A stretch of DNA of 44,426 nucleotides from a virus. Position 1 is the stretch's first letter; each line of letters opens with the position of its first letter. This document shows, one piece after another, positions 42,039 to 44,426 of this stretch. The notes below the pieces were generated by a model. The model saw only the letters and a list, made by a program, of their open reading frames with translations, was not told where the DNA came from and searched no databases. The DNA lies in the IMG/VR virus record IMGVR_UViG_3300043313_000403, positions 1 through 44,426 of that record; one strand, given 5' to 3'. The translations under genes and the position numbers were made by a program.

Positions 42039-42593
42039 TTAACGTTCCTTTCTACGGGTGGTGGGCGCTTCAGTGAATGTAAACATAACTGTATTAGATT
42101 GAACGTCGTCGTTTCTTACATACACTGGGAGGCTATCTGGGCCATGCCAAACATCCATGTTCACCCCAGTTTTAACTGAACTGGACGACACCAAAGTGGT
42201 GGGTTCATCCTGATTAGCGAAATTGATAACCGTACTGTTATCGAATCCAGATCCCGCGATCACTAAATCGAAACTTGGGTCCCCAATGGCCGCCGTGGTA
42301 GGCGAAATACTATTTATAACCGGTGTCGAAGTGGGGACTTGATCTCCTACGCGCTTATCCACATTGCTCGTGAGGGGAGGCGAAAGGGATGCTCCCGAAG
42401 AACTGACAAGAACATCCGCGCCGTCGTCAATAGCGTCCTGTTCGTTATGTTTAACGCTACAGGCCTTTGCATTAGGTCCCGGCGGAGGGTTCACGGTTGC
42501 GGGGCCGCTCGGAACACCAAGGTCATCCAATGGGAGCCAGCCAATTTCGCCTGGAGCCAAATCACCTACTTGATCGTCGTAAAGACCGGCCAT
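42039..42593 (-). CDS. IPT/TIG (Ig-like) domain protein, first gene of the late arm
   Basis: ATG at 42593 follows a GGAGGG RBS, downstream of the promoter at 42625-42653. The C-terminus PVINSISPTTAAIGDPSFDLVIAGSGFDNSTVINF...LPVYVRNDDVQSNTVMFTF is IPT/TIG-like. Confidence 0.6.
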   Translation of the reverse strand: MAGLYDDQVGDLAPGEIGWLPLDDLGVPSGPATVNPPPGPNAKACSVKHNEQDAIDDGADVLVSSSGASLSPPLTSNVDKRVGDQVPTSTPVINSISPTTAAIGDPSFDLVIAGSGFDNSTVINFANQDEPTTLVSSSSVKTGVNMDVWHGPDSLPVYVRNDDVQSNTVMFTFTEAPTTRRKER

Positions 42594-42624
42594 AAGCGAA
42601 ACCCTCCGTGTATACGAAGTGGGC

Positions 42625-42653
42625 AGCATAGCACGTGGTATGAAGACTGTCAA
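42625..42653 (-). promoter_or_regulatory. sigma70-type promoter heading the late (structural) arm
   Basis: The reverse complement reads TTGACA-gtcttcataccacgtgc-TATGCT. Confidence 0.6.
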
Positions 42654-42766
42654 GTTAGGAAGGGATGTTCCGGGGGTATTCGGAAGGGAGGATTCAACGA
42701 TTTGCGAATTGTTGGGGGAGCACTGATACGCGCGCCGCAAGCAATTCCACGCCGAAACGGGTCCCG

Positions 42767-42793
42767 CCCCCGACAAACAAAGTTTGTCGGGGG
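42767..42793. promoter_or_regulatory. Perfect 12-bp-stem hairpin/palindrome in the divergent control region
   Basis: cccccgacaaac-aaa-gtttgtcggggg. No T-run on either strand, so it is not a canonical terminator. Confidence 0.4.
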
Positions 42794-42900
42794 TCGGGGG
42801 GAGTTGCAACGAGCCGCGCGTACAACTTGAGTTGCACAACCACACCACCACAACTGGGAGTACTGCGGCAACGTGTCACATTATGCGAGCGTGCTCGTCG

Positions 42901-42909
42901 TGGTACGAT
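42901..42909 (+). promoter_or_regulatory. Extended -10 element (TGGTACGAT) upstream of paralog member 4
   Basis: cgTGGTACGAT is identical to the -10 region of the promoter at 8192-8220, but no TTGACA lies 17 nt upstream. Confidence 0.35.
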
Positions 42910-42973
42910 GCTCGGGCGATGGGGACGAAGGGCGGCCAATCCGGCAGGCCCATCCCACGCGAGGAGAGCCATC

Positions 42974-43459
42974 ATGGCCAAGAAGACACACACGCCCACC
43001 GCTGCCGAAGTCGCAGCCAAGTTCGACGCAGCCATGGCTGTCGTGCACGAACTCCCCACGCTCGCCGATCTGCCGATCGACGCCGAAGTCGCGGAGGAGA
43101 TCGAGAAGAAGGGCTCGGTCGTGAAGAGCACGTACAAGAAGAAGTACGCGGCGCGCGCGGCCGGTGCCGGGCTTGGTAAGACAGCCCAGCGCTCGTGCTG
43201 GGACTGGCTGGCGCAAGAGCTGGCGAGCGAGTGCCTCGACGGCACGAAGATCGACATCGGCCGGTTCCTCGCCACGCTCGAAGCCAACGCCGTGGACCAC
43301 AGCCGATGGACGAACCGCAGCAAGGGCTGGGAAGGACGCCTGCGGATGACAGGCCGCCTCGCACTCCAGAAGGTGGTGGCCGCCCAAGGGCACCTGAAGA
43401 CGGTCGAGGGCGCCGAAATTGCAGCGCCCGCCGAGTGGGTGGCGAAGTTCACGAACTGA
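42974..43459 (+). CDS. Paralog family member 4, function unknown
   Basis: ATG at 42974 follows a GAGGAGAG RBS. SVVKSTYKKKY...CWDWLAQELASECL...IDIGRF...ANAVDHSRWTNRSKGWEGRLRMTGRLALQKVV. It is the closest relative of CDS 151-765. Confidence 0.7.
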   Translation: MAKKTHTPTAAEVAAKFDAAMAVVHELPTLADLPIDAEVAEEIEKKGSVVKSTYKKKYAARAAGAGLGKTAQRSCWDWLAQELASECLDGTKIDIGRFLATLEANAVDHSRWTNRSKGWEGRLRMTGRLALQKVVAAQGHLKTVEGAEIAAPAEWVAKFTN

Positions 43460-43467
43460 GAAGGCAG

Positions 43468-43492
43468 GGGGCGGCGCAAGCCGCCCCTTTCT
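43468..43492 (+). terminator. Rho-independent terminator after paralog member 4
   Basis: ggggcggc (43468-43475), gcaa loop, gccgcccc (43480-43487), then tttct. Confidence 0.75.
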
Positions 43493-43590
43493 CGTCCCAA
43501 GCGCGGCGAAGCGCCTCGTTCAGCGAAAGCTGGGCGGGGCGCATTCGTGTGTCTGAAACTCAGCATCGCGAAGCGTTTCGCAACGCGTGG

Positions 43591-43632
43591 GCCAAAGAAA
43601 AGGGGCGCAGCGGAAGTGGCCCGCCGCGCCCC
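43591..43632 (-). terminator. Rho-independent terminator of the minus-strand early unit
   Basis: On the minus strand, ggggcgcggcgg...ccgctgcgcccc (stems 43602-43613 / 43621-43632) is followed by tttttctttgg. It lies just after the stop at 43647. Confidence 0.7.
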
Positions 43633-43646
43633 CGCCGGAATATGTG

Positions 43647-43838
43647 CTACTTCTCGAGGGGAATGATGAGAAGGCGATCACGCAGAACGCGCAGCAGTTC
43701 CTCGCGGCGCTTAGAAGAGATCTGCTTCGCTGCGAAGGCCTCCCAGACTTCGGCAGCGCCTTGGAAGTGTACGGCGCGCGTATAAAACAGCGCGGTGGCT
43801 GCGGCGGCGTACGGCGAAAGATCGGTCGAAGAGGGCAT
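43647..43838 (-). CDS. Possible 63-aa protein
   Basis: ATG at 43838 follows GGAG. MPSSTDLSPYAAAATALFYTRAVHFQGAAEVWEAFAAKQISSKRREELLRVLRDRLLIIPLEK. It is bracketed by its own promoter motif and terminator. Confidence 0.4.
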   Translation of the reverse strand: MPSSTDLSPYAAAATALFYTRAVHFQGAAEVWEAFAAKQISSKRREELLRVLRDRLLIIPLEK

Positions 43839-43872
43839 AGCGAAAACTCCAGCGGGACCATCCCGCGTGCGT

Positions 43873-43901
43873 ATTAGAGCACAGCGCGCGCACGCCGTCA
43901 A
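43873..43901 (-). promoter_or_regulatory. Weaker sigma70-type promoter motif for the 63-aa gene
   Basis: The reverse complement reads TTGACG-gcgtgcgcgcgctgtgc-TCTAAT, followed by a gcgggatggtcccgc hairpin at the predicted 5' end. Confidence 0.4.
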
Positions 43902-43974
43902 GTACGTTTCGAACAGCGGCGCTGGGAAACCTTTCGCAACGCACAGCGAAATGCCTAGACAGCGTGCGCGCCGC

Positions 43975-44143
43975 TTGTGTGCACCGAGCCCTTACGTGCT
44001 TCCGTTACACAGCGGTCGAGGCACGCCGCAGCCGCCAAACGGTGACACAAACTACCCTCATTGTGCTGTGTCTTTTCCCTGTGTGTGACCACACCACCAG
44101 AAAAAAAAGAAATTAAGGAACGTAGGGAAAGAGGTGCACACAA
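43975..44143. repeat. Nested inverted repeats around an A8 tract in an ORF-poor region
   Basis: ttgtgtgcacc (43975-43985) is the exact reverse complement of ggtgcacacaa (44133-44143). An inner pair is gacaca (44044-44049) / tgtgtc (44067-44072). The A8 tract is at 44101-44108. Confidence 0.6.
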
Positions 44144-44152
44144 CAAACGCCC

Positions 44153-44380
44153 TCATCCTATTTTCGCTTGGAATACATCATAATCGTTGATCTTCGCTAC
44201 GCCATTTCCTATCTCTAGTTTTTCGGCGATTTGTTTCATTGGCGTATATAGAAGACTGGCCGCCCCGCGTAAATCACAGTCTGTTCCATCTTCATGGCCT
44301 CTCCCGTAAATCGTTAAGTGCTGAAACCGAATGTTCAACATATCCCGTTCTGCTTTTTCCCGCTTTAATTTACTGCTCAT
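44153..44380 (-). CDS. Hypothetical protein (75 aa), spans the window junction
   Basis: AGGAGAG RBS. Its first 23 nt are duplicated at 1-23. The promoter is at 48-76 (partly repeated at 44405-44426). Confidence 0.55.
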   Translation of the reverse strand: MSSKLKREKAERDMLNIRFQHLTIYGRGHEDGTDCDLRGAASLLYTPMKQIAEKLEIGNGVAKINDYDVFQAKIG

Positions 44381-44426
44381 TTCGCTCTCCTGTTTGAATC
44401 CCCTAGTTTACCACACCCCGCCCACC
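44358..44426. repeat. Terminal overlap copy B, identical to 1-69
   Basis: Exact 69-nt identity with the window start. Confidence 0.95.

Noticed and set aside
42694-43566. 290-aa minus-strand ORF across paralog member 4 and its terminator
   Set aside because: It is antisense to a gene that has paralog support, an RBS and a terminator. The sequence is Arg/Ala/Ser/Pro-rich and looks like junk, and it would run through two terminator hairpins.
1-44426. Lysogeny module, phage-encoded RNA polymerase, CRISPR array, transposase/IS, tRNA genes, reverse transcriptase/DGR
   Set aside because: I looked for integrase, recombinase, repressor, single-subunit RNAP and RT motifs and for short regularly spaced repeats, and saw none. 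The only repeats are the 69-bp end overlap, the 35-bp fibre junction and the promoter motifs.

Overview
The window is one complete, circularly closed phage genome. Bases 1-69 are identical to 44358-44426, so the unique length is 44,357 bp. I saw no integrase, repressor module, phage RNA polymerase, tRNA, rRNA or CRISPR array. It reads as a lytic, podovirus-like dsDNA phage: SU10-type major capsid protein, no tape-measure, sheath or tube genes, and a block of large Gly/Pro-rich internal-virion-like proteins. The plus strand from 0.9 to 17.3 kb is the early/replication arm. It carries zinc-ribbon mini-proteins, a DUF2786-like protein, an HTH protein, an AEP primase-polymerase/SF3 helicase and an SSB-like protein. 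It also carries a PolA-family polymerase with 3'-5' exonuclease, a VRR-NUC nuclease, a DUF6378-like protein, a PurA-like synthetase plus MazG-like pyrophosphatase, and an SNF2 helicase. The minus strand from 42.6 to 17.3 kb is one long late arm. In transcription order it encodes an IPT/TIG protein, a small-terminase-like protein, the large terminase, portal, scaffold, an HNH endonuclease and the capsid protein. These are followed by a SPRY-domain protein, an 806-aa glycosidase-like protein, three tail-fibre genes and internal virion proteins. A short minus-strand early unit spans the window junction. Main points of interest: (1) a purZ-mazZ pair plus its own PolA, predicting a 2-aminoadenine (Z-base) genome with no recognisable DatZ; (2) a four-member paralog family of unknown function, each copy behind its own promoter; (3) a phage-encoded signal-peptide plus PEPxxWA-CTERM (exosortase-sorted) protein, pointing to an alphaproteobacterial, Sphingomonadales-like host; (4) 13 copies of a stereotyped promoter TTGAC(A/G)-N17-TAnnAT with a GTG(G/C) extended -10, three of them inside or overlapping coding sequence; (5) a duplicated tail-fibre cassette with a perfectly conserved 35-bp junction and a truncated remnant gene; (6) several structured non-coding regions. 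All functional calls rest on motif recognition by eye and no database search was possible.
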